Origin: Halothiobacillaceae bacterium
Lineage (GTDB): Bacteria; Pseudomonadota; Gammaproteobacteria; Halothiobacillales; Halothiobacillaceae
Assembly (NCBI GenBank): GCA_051297135.1
Contig: JBEVAM010000004.1
Location: forward strand, 2,823-66,822
Reading direction: 5' to 3'
DNA: 64,000 nt
Part shown: in pieces, positions 35,506 to 44,187 of the stretch
Layout of the letters: every line of letters begins with the position of its first letter
Position numbering within the stretch: position 1 is the first letter of the stretch
Translations under genes and position numbers: made by a program
Notes under the pieces: generated by a model
Databases searched by the model: none
What the model saw: the letters and a program-made list of their open reading frames with translations, nothing else
Told to the model about the DNA's origin: nothing

Positions 35506-37797
35506 TCAAGGCGGCCGCTCCTGCGGCCCCATCAAGGGTGTGCCCGGCACAAGGGCCTGCGTAGGGTCACCGTCGGATGCCAGGGCAGGCAACAGGATCA
35601 ATACACGCGCCCCACCTTCGGCAGGGTTGAAGGCGTGCACGCGCCCTGCGTGCTCCTCGACGATCTTTTTGACGATGGCAAGACCAAGGCCCGTACCTTT
35701 CGGGCGGGTGGTCACATACGGCTCGAAGATATGCTCAACCAGCTCAGGAGGGAAGCCCGGCCCATTGTCGTCCACGCACAGCTCCACCAGCCCCTCGTCC
35801 GGACGCGGGCGGGTACGCAGAGTGACCGTCGGCTCGACACCCCGTGTCGTGGTAGATTCCTGCAAGGCCTCGATGGCGTTCTTCACCAGGTTGTGCAGCA
35901 GCTGACGCAAACGGCCGGCATCCCCATCCACCCACAAAGCCTCGCTGGCTAGATCGTGCCGCACCCGCACGCTGTCGCCGCGGTAGAGATCGACCACATC
36001 GCGCACGAGGGTGTTGAGTTCCAGCGGTACCAACCGCAATTCCGGCGCACGGGCGTACTCCGCGAACTCATTGACCATGTGCTTCATCGCCTCGACCTGC
36101 TGCACGATGGTATGGGTCGCGCGCTCCAGCACCCGAGCGTTGTCCTCCGTAAGCACCGGGCCGAGCTTGCGCCGCAAGCGCTCGGCAGACAGCTGAATCG
36201 GCGTGAGGGGATTCTTGATCTCGTGCGCCAGGCGGCGCGCCACCTCGCTCCAGGCCGCATCACGCTGACCTTGGATGATGGCGGTGATATCGTCCATCAC
36301 CAAGACCAGACCGCCCTCCTCGCCACCGCGCAGATGATGCGCCAACGGCGCGCCGCGCAGCATGAGGATGCGGCGGCCCGCCTCGCTGAATAGACGAACC
36401 TCGCGGGCCAACTCCCCCCCCTCCTCCAGCCAGGCATGCAAGGCATCGCATACGGGATCGAGGTGGCTGTAGGTCAAGCACAACCCCTGCAGACTGGCAT
36501 GGAGCAACTCCTCCAGCGGCACACCGAGCATGCTGGACGCAGCGGCGTTGGCATGCCGCACCCGCGCCCGCTCGTCGAACGTCAGCACGCCCGAAGAGAG
36601 GTGCTGCAGCACCGTCTCGAGGTAATCGCGCTGCGCGTCGGCCTCCTCCATGAGGCGGGTCGCTTCCTCCCTGCTCTCGGCGATGCGCGCGGTCATGGTA
36701 TTGAACGAGCGCACCAACAGGCCTAAGTCGTCATTACGCCGCACCGGCAGACGCAGGCTGTAATCGCCCGCCGCCACCGCGCGGGTCCCCAAGGCCAGCT
36801 CGCGGATCGGTGCGGCGAGCCGACGTGCAGCGACGAACGCCAACCATACTGCCGTCAGGACAGAGAGTAGCAGCGCAAGCCCCAGCGCAAGACCGAAGTT
36901 CTGCTTCAGTCCGTGGCGCAGGTAGATCAGCTCGCGATACTGATGAAAGCCCTCCTGCACACTTCCCGCCAGACTCGCCAGACGCGGATCGAGCGGGAAT
37001 AAGGCCTGCAAGAGCCAGGTCTCGTTGCGGACGCCATAGCCCCGCACCGGAGTCACCACCCGAATCAACAGCCGGTCGCCCGTCGCCAGCTCCAAGCCGA
37101 TGTATTCATTCCCCTGCCGCACATGCATCAGCATGGCCTCGTTCGGCCGGGCCGGCAGGATGCCATGAGTATCATCGCTGGCCGAGGCGATGATCGTGTT
37201 GCCGACGCCAAACAGGGTCATCTCGATCGCCTCCGTCTCGCGCCGCAGGGTGTCGAGTTCGAGCGCGGCGCGCTCGCTCTCGACATCCGCCAGCAGCCCC
37301 GCCACGCGCGAGGTCATACGCACGGCCTCGCGCATGCGCACGTCGAGCGCGGCACGCGAAAGCTCCAACGCATCGTTCAAGGCCTGCTCGATCTGCACGT
37401 CGAACCAGCTGTCAATGCCACGCTGGATAAAATCGAGCGAGAAGTAGAACACGATGGCCACCGGCGCAAGACTCAGGGCCACGAAGGCGCCAAGAAAGCG
37501 CAGGGTCAGGCGCGCGCCCGGCACATGGGCGCGCAGGCTCTGCACCAGCCGCCAGAGGTTGACTGCCACCACCATGAGCAAAAACAGCACACCCACGACG
37601 TTGAAGCCAAGCAGCCAGACGTACAGCGACTCGTAACGAGTGGAGTGTTGCAGTGCGTCGGTCAAGAGATAGAGCGAGACCAACAGCAGCACGACCACCC
37701 CCGCACTGACCCACGGCACCAGCGGACGCACGTGGCGGCGATAGAAGACCCGCAGCGTCAGAAGGCCCATAGATACCACTCGCTGGTCAGGGCCCAA
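35506..37797 (-). CDS. ntrY: NtrY-like sensor histidine kinase
   Basis: N-terminal TM segments, HAMP, PAS, the H-box HEIKNPLTPI, and an ATPase domain (DDNGPGFP, GTGLGLAIVKK). The start is uncertain (37797 or ATG 37770). Confidence 0.8.
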   Translation of the reverse strand: MGPDQRVVSMGLLTLRVFYRRHVRPLVPWVSAGVVVLLLVSLYLLTDALQHSTRYESLYVWLLGFNVVGVLFLLMVVAVNLWRLVQSLRAHVPGARLTLRFLGAFVALSLAPVAIVFYFSLDFIQRGIDSWFDVQIEQALNDALELSRAALDVRMREAVRMTSRVAGLLADVESERAALELDTLRRETEAIEMTLFGVGNTIIASASDDTHGILPARPNEAMLMHVRQGNEYIGLELATGDRLLIRVVTPVRGYGVRNETWLLQALFPLDPRLASLAGSVQEGFHQYRELIYLRHGLKQNFGLALGLALLLSVLTAVWLAFVAARRLAAPIRELALGTRAVAAGDYSLRLPVRRNDDLGLLVRSFNTMTARIAESREEATRLMEEADAQRDYLETVLQHLSSGVLTFDERARVRHANAAASSMLGVPLEELLHASLQGLCLTYSHLDPVCDALHAWLEEGGELAREVRLFSEAGRRILMLRGAPLAHHLRGGEEGGLVLVMDDITAIIQGQRDAAWSEVARRLAHEIKNPLTPIQLSAERLRRKLGPVLTEDNARVLERATHTIVQQVEAMKHMVNEFAEYARAPELRLVPLELNTLVRDVVDLYRGDSVRVRHDLASEALWVDGDAGRLRQLLHNLVKNAIEALQESTTTRGVEPTVTLRTRPRPDEGLVELCVDDNGPGFPPELVEHIFEPYVTTRPKGTGLGLAIVKKIVEEHAGRVHAFNPAEGGARVLILLPALASDGDPTQALVPGTPLMGPQERPP

Positions 37798-38303
37798 CGC
37801 TCGGAGAAATAGGCCCGCGGCCGCATCGGCAAAGGCAGGGTATCAAGCAACAACCTCAGTCGCGCCCGCCCACGATAGGTACCGCGAGCCGGGAAGTCAC
37901 CGGCCGGACCAAGCGCCACATTGCGCAACTGGGTCAAGGCCTCCAACGCACCGACCAAACTGGTGAAGGTCGCACTCTCCTCACTCTCCGGCCACACCAG
38001 CCGGTAGAGCCGACTGAGGGCATGGTATTCAATGCGGGCATGGATCGTCTGGCTCGCGATCTCACGCGCCCACAACCAATCGCGCTCCTGCTCGATGACG
38101 AATTCCCACGCAAAGGTGAGCGGCACGCCGCTCTCGAGGGCCTCGCGCTGGGTGCTGAACAACTCGAGGCGAGCGTTGGCATCGACATATAGCATGTCCC
38201 CGCGCACCTCGGTGTGGACATGGGTAACGGTCACCTCACCAGCCTGCAAGGAGGCAACACCCAGGAACCAGCCCAGCAGCCCGATCACCAACCAGGAACG
38301 CAC
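37758..38303 (-). CDS. DUF4390-like protein
   Basis: A signal/TM segment (SWLVIGLLGWFLGVASLQA) is followed by a soluble domain. It lies in the conserved slot between rsmB and ntrY. The start is provisionally GTG 38303, overlapping the rsmB end; the long ORF-track extension to 38675 runs inside rsmB and is rejected. Confidence 0.55.
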   Translation of the reverse strand: MRSWLVIGLLGWFLGVASLQAGEVTVTHVHTEVRGDMLYVDANARLELFSTQREALESGVPLTFAWEFVIEQERDWLWAREIASQTIHARIEYHALSRLYRLVWPESEESATFTSLVGALEALTQLRNVALGPAGDFPARGTYRGRARLRLLLDTLPLPMRPRAYFSERWALTSEWYLWAF

Positions 38304-39643
38304 GATGCCCTCGCAAGCAAGCAGTAGTAGAAGCCATCCATACCATCCTCCCCAGGCAGGATCTGCCGTCCGTATGGTAAGGGGTGGCCCCACGCCGCCT
38401 CGATGGGTTGCTCGACCGCATCCGCGTGACGTTGGAGGAAGGCATGGATGCGCGCGTCGTTCTCCTCGCGCAGAATCGAGCAGGTCATGTAGAGCATACG
38501 CCCCCCAGGTGCGAGCAGCGGCCACAGGGCATCCAGCAGGCGATCCTGCTGGCGCGCCAGGGCGGCGATATCGGTCTCGCGGCGCAGACGTTTGATATCG
38601 GGATGGCGGTGGATCACTCCGGTAGCCGAGCAGGGGACATCCAACAGGATCAGATCGAAGGGGCGGCCGTCCCACCAGCCGTCCGGCGCGTCGGCATGGG
38701 CGGCCCGCGCCTCGGCGACAAGTCCTGCGCGGGCGAGGTTTTCCTTGATGCGAACGAGCCTTGTTGCATCGGCATCGAGTGCCAGCATGGCGAGCCTGGG
38801 CTCGCGCTCGAGCAGGGCCAAGGTCTTGCCCCCAGGGGCGGCACAGGCATCGAGCACCCTAAGCCCTGGGTGCAGCTCGATCAGTCCGGCACACAGCTGG
38901 GCCGCCTCGTCCTGCACCGACACCTCCCCCGCGGCAAAGCCTGGCAGACGCTCGATGGGCTGCGGCTGGGCCAGTCGCACGCCAAACGGGGCATGATGGG
39001 TCGGCTCCGCCGCAAGACTGGCCTCGGCCAACCGCGCAAGGTAGGCCTCACGCCCGCCCTTGGCGGCATGGACCCGCAGGGTCATGGGCGGACGCTGACA
39101 GAGCGCGTTGGCTATCGCTTCTTTCTGCCCCGGCCAATCCCGTCCAAGGCGCATCCACAGCCAGCCCGGCAAGGCGTGGCGGGTGGCCAGGTCGGCTTGC
39201 TCCAGCCGAGCGAGGTGTGCTTCGCGCTCACGCATGAAGCTACGCAGTACCCCATTGACCAAGCCCCCAAGGCGCTGGGCCTCGAGCAGGCGGGCGGCTT
39301 CCACCGTGGCATGGACCACCGCATGCCCCGGCACCCGGGTATGGAGAAGTTGATACAGACCAACCAACAGCAGGGCGAAGACCTCGACCGGCTTGGGGCG
39401 ATGCTTGACCAGGCCATCCGCAAGGAAGGCGAGCGGCTCGAACTTGCGCAGCACACCAAAGCTCAGCTCCTGGGCCAACCCCCGATCCCGCTCGGGCAAA
39501 GAGGTCAAGAGCGGCGGAAGCGCATCGCTCAGCGAGCGCCCTGCCAACACGGCAGCCACGGCACGGGCGGCCTGGGCACGCACCCCGCTGCCCACTCCAT
39601 CCTTGCCCGCAGGACGCCCCTCGGCGAGGATTTTGCCGACCAT
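38285..39643 (-). CDS. rsmB: 16S rRNA (cytosine967-C5)-methyltransferase
   Basis: NusB-like N-terminus. SAM site DACAAPGGKT, with catalytic Cys contexts DVPCSATG and YMTCS. Confidence 0.92.
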   Translation of the reverse strand: MVGKILAEGRPAGKDGVGSGVRAQAARAVAAVLAGRSLSDALPPLLTSLPERDRGLAQELSFGVLRKFEPLAFLADGLVKHRPKPVEVFALLLVGLYQLLHTRVPGHAVVHATVEAARLLEAQRLGGLVNGVLRSFMREREAHLARLEQADLATRHALPGWLWMRLGRDWPGQKEAIANALCQRPPMTLRVHAAKGGREAYLARLAEASLAAEPTHHAPFGVRLAQPQPIERLPGFAAGEVSVQDEAAQLCAGLIELHPGLRVLDACAAPGGKTLALLEREPRLAMLALDADATRLVRIKENLARAGLVAEARAAHADAPDGWWDGRPFDLILLDVPCSATGVIHRHPDIKRLRRETDIAALARQQDRLLDALWPLLAPGGRMLYMTCSILREENDARIHAFLQRHADAVEQPIEAAWGHPLPYGRQILPGEDGMDGFYYCLLARASCVPGW

Positions 39644-40581
39644 CAGACTCCAAGCCTTTCACCCAACATGGGCTGGGCATTGAGGAAGTCGGCAGCAGCA
39701 AGCGGCTTGCCCCCAGGCCGCTGCACCTGCTCAAGGCGCAGGATGCCGGCCCCGGTCGCGACATCGATGCCGTTACGCCCCGTGGCCACCACCGTGCCCG
39801 GCACCCCGCCAGACTGGCCGTCCAGCGCACGCGCACGCCAGATGCGGAGGCTCTCCCCATGCCAGAGGGTCTCCGCCACCGGCCAGGGGTTGAAGGCCAT
39901 CACCTGACGCGCCAGCTCGATGGCGGGACGCGACCAGTCGAGTCGGGCCTCGGCCTTGTCCAGCTTTTTCGCATAGGTGGCGAGGGATTCGTCCTGTGCC
40001 TCACCCTGAAGGGTTCCGGCCAGCAACGCGGGCAGGTGCTGCATCAGCAACGCTGCACCCATGACGGCGAGCCTATCGTGCAGGCTCTGCGCTGTATCTT
40101 CGGGCGTGATTGGGCAGACGGACTTGGCCAGCATGTTGCCCGTATCGAGCCCCACGTCCATCTGCATCAGGGTGATGCCGGTCTTTGCATCCCCCGCCTC
40201 GATGGCACGCTGAATCGGCGCCGCGCCACGCCAACGGGGCAACAGCGAAGCATGCAGATTCACACAACCGCGGGACGGGATATCCAGCACCGCCTTGGGC
40301 AGCAGCAGACCGTAGGCAGCCACCACCATCAGGTCGGGCGCAAGCAGGGCGAGCTCCTCCTGCGCCTCGGGCGTACGCAGGGTCGCTGGCTGGAGCACAG
40401 GCAGGCCGTACTCGAGTGCCGCCTGCTTGACCGGGCTTGCGCTCAGCTTGCGCCCACGCCCAGCAGGACGGTCCGGCTGGGTATATACGGCGACGACGTT
40501 GGCACCGCCCTCGATGAGGGCACGCAAGGCCGGCACGGCGAAATCAGGTGTGCCGGCATAAATGATGCGGGGCGTGGACAT
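39643..40581 (-). CDS. fmt: methionyl-tRNA formyltransferase
   Basis: [17 protein letters not shown] motif, 312 aa, in the def-fmt-rsmB synteny. Confidence 0.95.
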   Translation of the reverse strand: MSTPRIIYAGTPDFAVPALRALIEGGANVVAVYTQPDRPAGRGRKLSASPVKQAALEYGLPVLQPATLRTPEAQEELALLAPDLMVVAAYGLLLPKAVLDIPSRGCVNLHASLLPRWRGAAPIQRAIEAGDAKTGITLMQMDVGLDTGNMLAKSVCPITPEDTAQSLHDRLAVMGAALLMQHLPALLAGTLQGEAQDESLATYAKKLDKAEARLDWSRPAIELARQVMAFNPWPVAETLWHGESLRIWRARALDGQSGGVPGTVVATGRNGIDVATGAGILRLEQVQRPGGKPLAAADFLNAQPMLGERLGV

Positions 40582-40594
40582 GGTGTCTCCAGAC

Positions 40595-41101
40595 TCAGCT
40601 GCGTTCGCGCCTGCGCAGCTTCTCGTATTTTTTCAATGCACGCTCGCGCTTGAGCGGCGAGAGGTGGTCAATGAACAGGCGCCCCTCGAGGTGGTCGAGC
40701 TCGTGCTGGATGCACACCGCAAGCAGACCGTCGGCATCCAGCTCGTGCTCGGCGCCATCGAGATCCTGATACCGTACGCGCACCCATGCCTTGCGCGCCA
40801 CCTTCTCGCGCAGCCCCGGGATGGACAGACACCCTTCCTCCATCTCCTCGACCCCGGAGGCCTCGAGGATCTCGGCGTTGATCAGCACCAGTGGCTGATC
40901 CTTACCCTCGGACACGTCCACCACCGCGATCCTGCGATGGACGTCCACCTGAGTGGCCGCGAGACCAATACCCGGCGCCGCGTACATGGTCTCGAACATG
41001 TCAGCCACCAGGCGGCGCAGTTCATCGTCAAAGTGTTCCACACGTCGCGCAACCTTGCGCAAATGAGGATGCGGATACTCCAGAATGGGCAACAAGGCCA
41101 T
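40595..41101 (-). CDS. def: peptide deformylase
   Basis: All three PDF motifs are present: [14 protein letters not shown] and HELDH. Confidence 0.95.
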   Translation of the reverse strand: MALLPILEYPHPHLRKVARRVEHFDDELRRLVADMFETMYAAPGIGLAATQVDVHRRIAVVDVSEGKDQPLVLINAEILEASGVEEMEEGCLSIPGLREKVARKAWVRVRYQDLDGAEHELDADGLLAVCIQHELDHLEGRLFIDHLSPLKRERALKKYEKLRRRERS

Positions 41102-41183
41102 GATCGAGCCGATACCTTCATCGCGAAAATGCTTATTTTATGGTATCAACTGCGGAAACTCTCCCTGCGTCGATGGAACCGCC

Positions 41184-42356
41184 ATGCCCCGGAATGCATT
41201 ACGCTCGAGCCTGATCGCCCTCTCTATCCTGCTCGCCGCCTGTGCCAGCGCCCCCGAGGAGGCAGCATGGACAAGCGCAGAGCCCCAGGCCGCCAAGGTC
41301 ACTCCACTGCAGGATGCTGCCCCACCACCCACTCCCCGGGTGACCAGCCAACCGTTCCGCGCCGACGCCCCTCACACCTACACGGTCAAAAAGGGCGACA
41401 CCCTCTGGGGCCTGGCCCAGCGATTCCTCAACGACCCGTGGTTGTGGCCGCAGATCTGGCATGCCAACCCGCAGGTACAAAACCCGCACCGCATCTATCC
41501 CGGCGATGTGCTGACCATCGTCAGTATCCAAGGCCAGCCCCGCCTGACCAAGAAGCTCTCACCGCGTGTGCGCGTGTTACCACAAGAACAGGCCATCCCT
41601 ACCCTGCCGCTCGAGATCCTTCGTCCGTTCCTCACCTATCCCCCAATCGTGGAGACGCATGCGCTGAACAGCGTGCCGCAAGTCATCGGATCACCGGATG
41701 GTCGCCTCGTGCTGGGACGCGGCGACACCTTCTATACCCATAGCGGCCATCTGAAGGGTGGCGAGATCGTGGCCGTAGTGCGCCCGCACAAGCCGCTGCT
41801 CGACCCGGACAGCAAGGAGGTGCTCGGCTACGAGGCACAGGCCGTCGGCATCGCGCGGGTGCTGAACGCGGACGAACCGGCCACCCTCCAACTGACCGAG
41901 TCCCCGCGGGAGACGCGCAAGGGCGACCGAATCGTGCCGCTGCCCCCGACCCTGACTCATGACCTACGACTCATGCCGGCGGCAGCCAACGTCGAGGGCC
42001 GGGTGATCTCCCTGCCGGATACCACCTCCACAACCGGCCAGTGGCAGATCATTGCCATCAACCGCGGCCGCATCGACGGCATGACCACGGGCAACGTCAT
42101 CCGACTGCACAAACCGGGCAGGGTGGTCCAGGTGGACACCACCCCGATGCCCGATCTGCACGGCGAAGACTCAGCAGACGCTCCCCCCACCCCCCCAGTC
42201 CGCGAGGTACGTCTGCCGGATCAAGCCGTGGGTGATGCCGTGGTGTTTCTCGTCCATGATCGTGTCAGCTACGCCCTCATCACCAAGGTCACTCAGCCCG
42301 TGCGCGTGGGCGACTGCTTCACCGCGCCCAACATGCCGCCCCTCACCTGCCACTGA
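41184..42356 (+). CDS. LysM domain lipoprotein
   Basis: The start is ATG 41184 (MPRNALRSSLIALSILLAACASAP, with a lipobox). LysM motif YTVKKGDTLWGLAQRF...IYPGDVLTI. It is divergent from def and upstream of dprA, as commonly seen. Confidence 0.75.
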   Translation: MPRNALRSSLIALSILLAACASAPEEAAWTSAEPQAAKVTPLQDAAPPPTPRVTSQPFRADAPHTYTVKKGDTLWGLAQRFLNDPWLWPQIWHANPQVQNPHRIYPGDVLTIVSIQGQPRLTKKLSPRVRVLPQEQAIPTLPLEILRPFLTYPPIVETHALNSVPQVIGSPDGRLVLGRGDTFYTHSGHLKGGEIVAVVRPHKPLLDPDSKEVLGYEAQAVGIARVLNADEPATLQLTESPRETRKGDRIVPLPPTLTHDLRLMPAAANVEGRVISLPDTTSTTGQWQIIAINRGRIDGMTTGNVIRLHKPGRVVQVDTTPMPDLHGEDSADAPPTPPVREVRLPDQAVGDAVVFLVHDRVSYALITKVTQPVRVGDCFTAPNMPPLTCH

Positions 42357-42370
42357 GCCCAAGACGCAGC

Positions 42371-43666
42371 ATGGCTCAGGGAGGGGGTCGCGTGCCGGAT
42401 ACCTCGACCACCGCCGTCGGGCACGGCGGTGGGACGCCTGACATCCGGCAAAGGGCGGAATCCGGAGATGGATTCCGCCATGCCCATCCTCGTCCAAGCG
42501 GGTCTTTTGGCGTGGGTGCCAAGGAGGTGCGGGCGAACGTCCGCCATGCGTTGGACCGGGACATCCCCCGCCAACGCGCCTGGCTCACCCTGCTGCACGC
42601 CCCGGGGCTCGGACCACGCGCCTTTGCCCGTTTGTGGTCAGACCTGCCCGACCCTCTCGCCATCCTCGCTGCATCACCGGCTCGTTGGCGGGCGGTCGGC
42701 CTTGGTGAGGTCACCTGCAACGCCCTGCGCCAGCCCGACGAGGCACGGATTGCGGCGGCCTTGGCCTGGCTGGCCGAACCCGGCCACCACCTCATCCCCC
42801 TCGATGATGCACGCTATCCCCCCACCCTGCATGACCTGGACGACCCGCCGCCCGCTCTGTTCGCCCTCGGCGACCCTGATCTTTTGCACCTGCCGATGCT
42901 GACCATCGTCGGCACCCGCCACCCCACCCCAGGCGGTGCACTCCATGCCCGCAGTTTCGCCCGCGACCTGGCTGGGCGCGGTCTGATCATCGCCAGTGGC
43001 CTGGCGCTCGGCATCGATGCCGAGGCACACCGTGGTGCCCTAGATGCCAAGGGTCTGACCGTCGCCGTGGTCGGCACCGGGGTGGATCGCGTTTACCCGG
43101 CCCGGCATCGCGAACTCGCCTACGCCATTGTCGATGGCGGCGGATTGATCGTCAGCGAGCTGCCACTCGGCACCTCACCGCATCCCGGCCAGTTCCCACG
43201 CCGCAACCGCCTCCTGGCCGCCCTTGGTCTCGGCACGCTCGTGGTCGAGGCCGCCCTGCGCAGCGGCTCGCTGATCACCGCCCGCCTGGCGAACGAATTG
43301 GGGCGCGAGGTATTTGCCATTCCTGGCTCCATCCACAACCCGATGGCCCGTGGCTGCCATGCCCTGATCCGCAGCGGGGCCAAGCTGGTCGAGTCGAGCG
43401 GCGACATCCTCGAGGAACTGGCCCCCCGGCTTCCTTCCCTCCTGCCGTCTTCCCCCCCTCCCACCGTGACGCCCCCAGAGCTGCCCATCGACCATGCCCG
43501 CTTGCTCGAAGCCATGGGCTTCGATCCGGTCAGTGTCGATGATCTGGTCGAGCGCAGCGGATTGACCGCGGCAGAGGTTTCATCCATTCTGCTCATCCTC
43601 CAACTGCAGGGCCTCATCGCCCCGACCACCGGCGGGCTATACGTTCGCCTGCCGCCAACCTCCTAA
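42371..43666 (+). CDS. dprA: DNA-processing protein DprA (Smf)
   Basis: DprA Rossmann core (IVGTRHPT..., IASGLALGIDAEAHRGAL, GSIHNPMARGCHALI) and a C-terminal winged-helix-like tail. The true start is probably internal (GTG 42512 or 42527) because the first ~50 codons look non-homologous. Confidence 0.88.
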   Translation: MAQGGGRVPDTSTTAVGHGGGTPDIRQRAESGDGFRHAHPRPSGSFGVGAKEVRANVRHALDRDIPRQRAWLTLLHAPGLGPRAFARLWSDLPDPLAILAASPARWRAVGLGEVTCNALRQPDEARIAAALAWLAEPGHHLIPLDDARYPPTLHDLDDPPPALFALGDPDLLHLPMLTIVGTRHPTPGGALHARSFARDLAGRGLIIASGLALGIDAEAHRGALDAKGLTVAVVGTGVDRVYPARHRELAYAIVDGGGLIVSELPLGTSPHPGQFPRRNRLLAALGLGTLVVEAALRSGSLITARLANELGREVFAIPGSIHNPMARGCHALIRSGAKLVESSGDILEELAPRLPSLLPSSPPPTVTPPELPIDHARLLEAMGFDPVSVDDLVERSGLTAAEVSSILLILQLQGLIAPTTGGLYVRLPPTS

Positions 43667-43674
43667 ACTTCCCG

Positions 43675-44181
43675 ATGAAAGAAAACGTCCTCGACGTCCT
43701 GATGTACCTCTTCGAGTACTACATGGCCGACCATCCCGGCCAACCGTTCGCCGCCGACCGCGACACGCTCGAGTCACGCCTGGTCGAGGCCGGCTTTGGT
43801 AGCGCCGAGATCAGCAAGGCCTTTGGCTGGCTGGATGCCCTCCGGCAACGCCACACCCAGCCTCCTTTGGCCCTGCAACGTGCCCCGGACGATGCCGCCC
43901 GCACCCCCAGCATCCGCATCTACACCGCCGAGGAGATGGAACGCCTGGACACGGACTGCCGCGGCTTCCTGCTGTTTCTCGAGGGGATCGGCATCCTCAG
44001 CCCCGCCAACCGCGAACTGGTGATCGAGCGGATCCTTGCCTTGCCAAAAGAAGAAGAGATCGACCTTGAGCGACTCAAATGGTTGATCCTACTGGTGCTG
44101 TTCCATCAGCCTGGCGAGGAAATCGCCTACGCATGGATGGAAGAGCTGGTCTATGACAACGTCACCGGATACTTACACTAA
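43675..44181 (+). CDS. smg: Smg protein (DUF494)
   Basis: MKENVLDVLMYLFEYY N-terminus, 168 aa, in the conserved dprA-smg-topA order. Confidence 0.85.
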   Translation: MKENVLDVLMYLFEYYMADHPGQPFAADRDTLESRLVEAGFGSAEISKAFGWLDALRQRHTQPPLALQRAPDDAARTPSIRIYTAEEMERLDTDCRGFLLFLEGIGILSPANRELVIERILALPKEEEIDLERLKWLILLVLFHQPGEEIAYAWMEELVYDNVTGYLH

Positions 44182-44187
44182 CCCTGC

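Noticed and set aside
32722-35952. 1076-aa ORF on the plus strand spanning trkA, ntrX and part of ntrY
   Set aside because: It is antisense to three genes with unmistakable family motifs. Its translation is a low-complexity R/A/G/H/D-rich product with no motifs. Long stop-free mirror frames are expected in GC-rich DNA.
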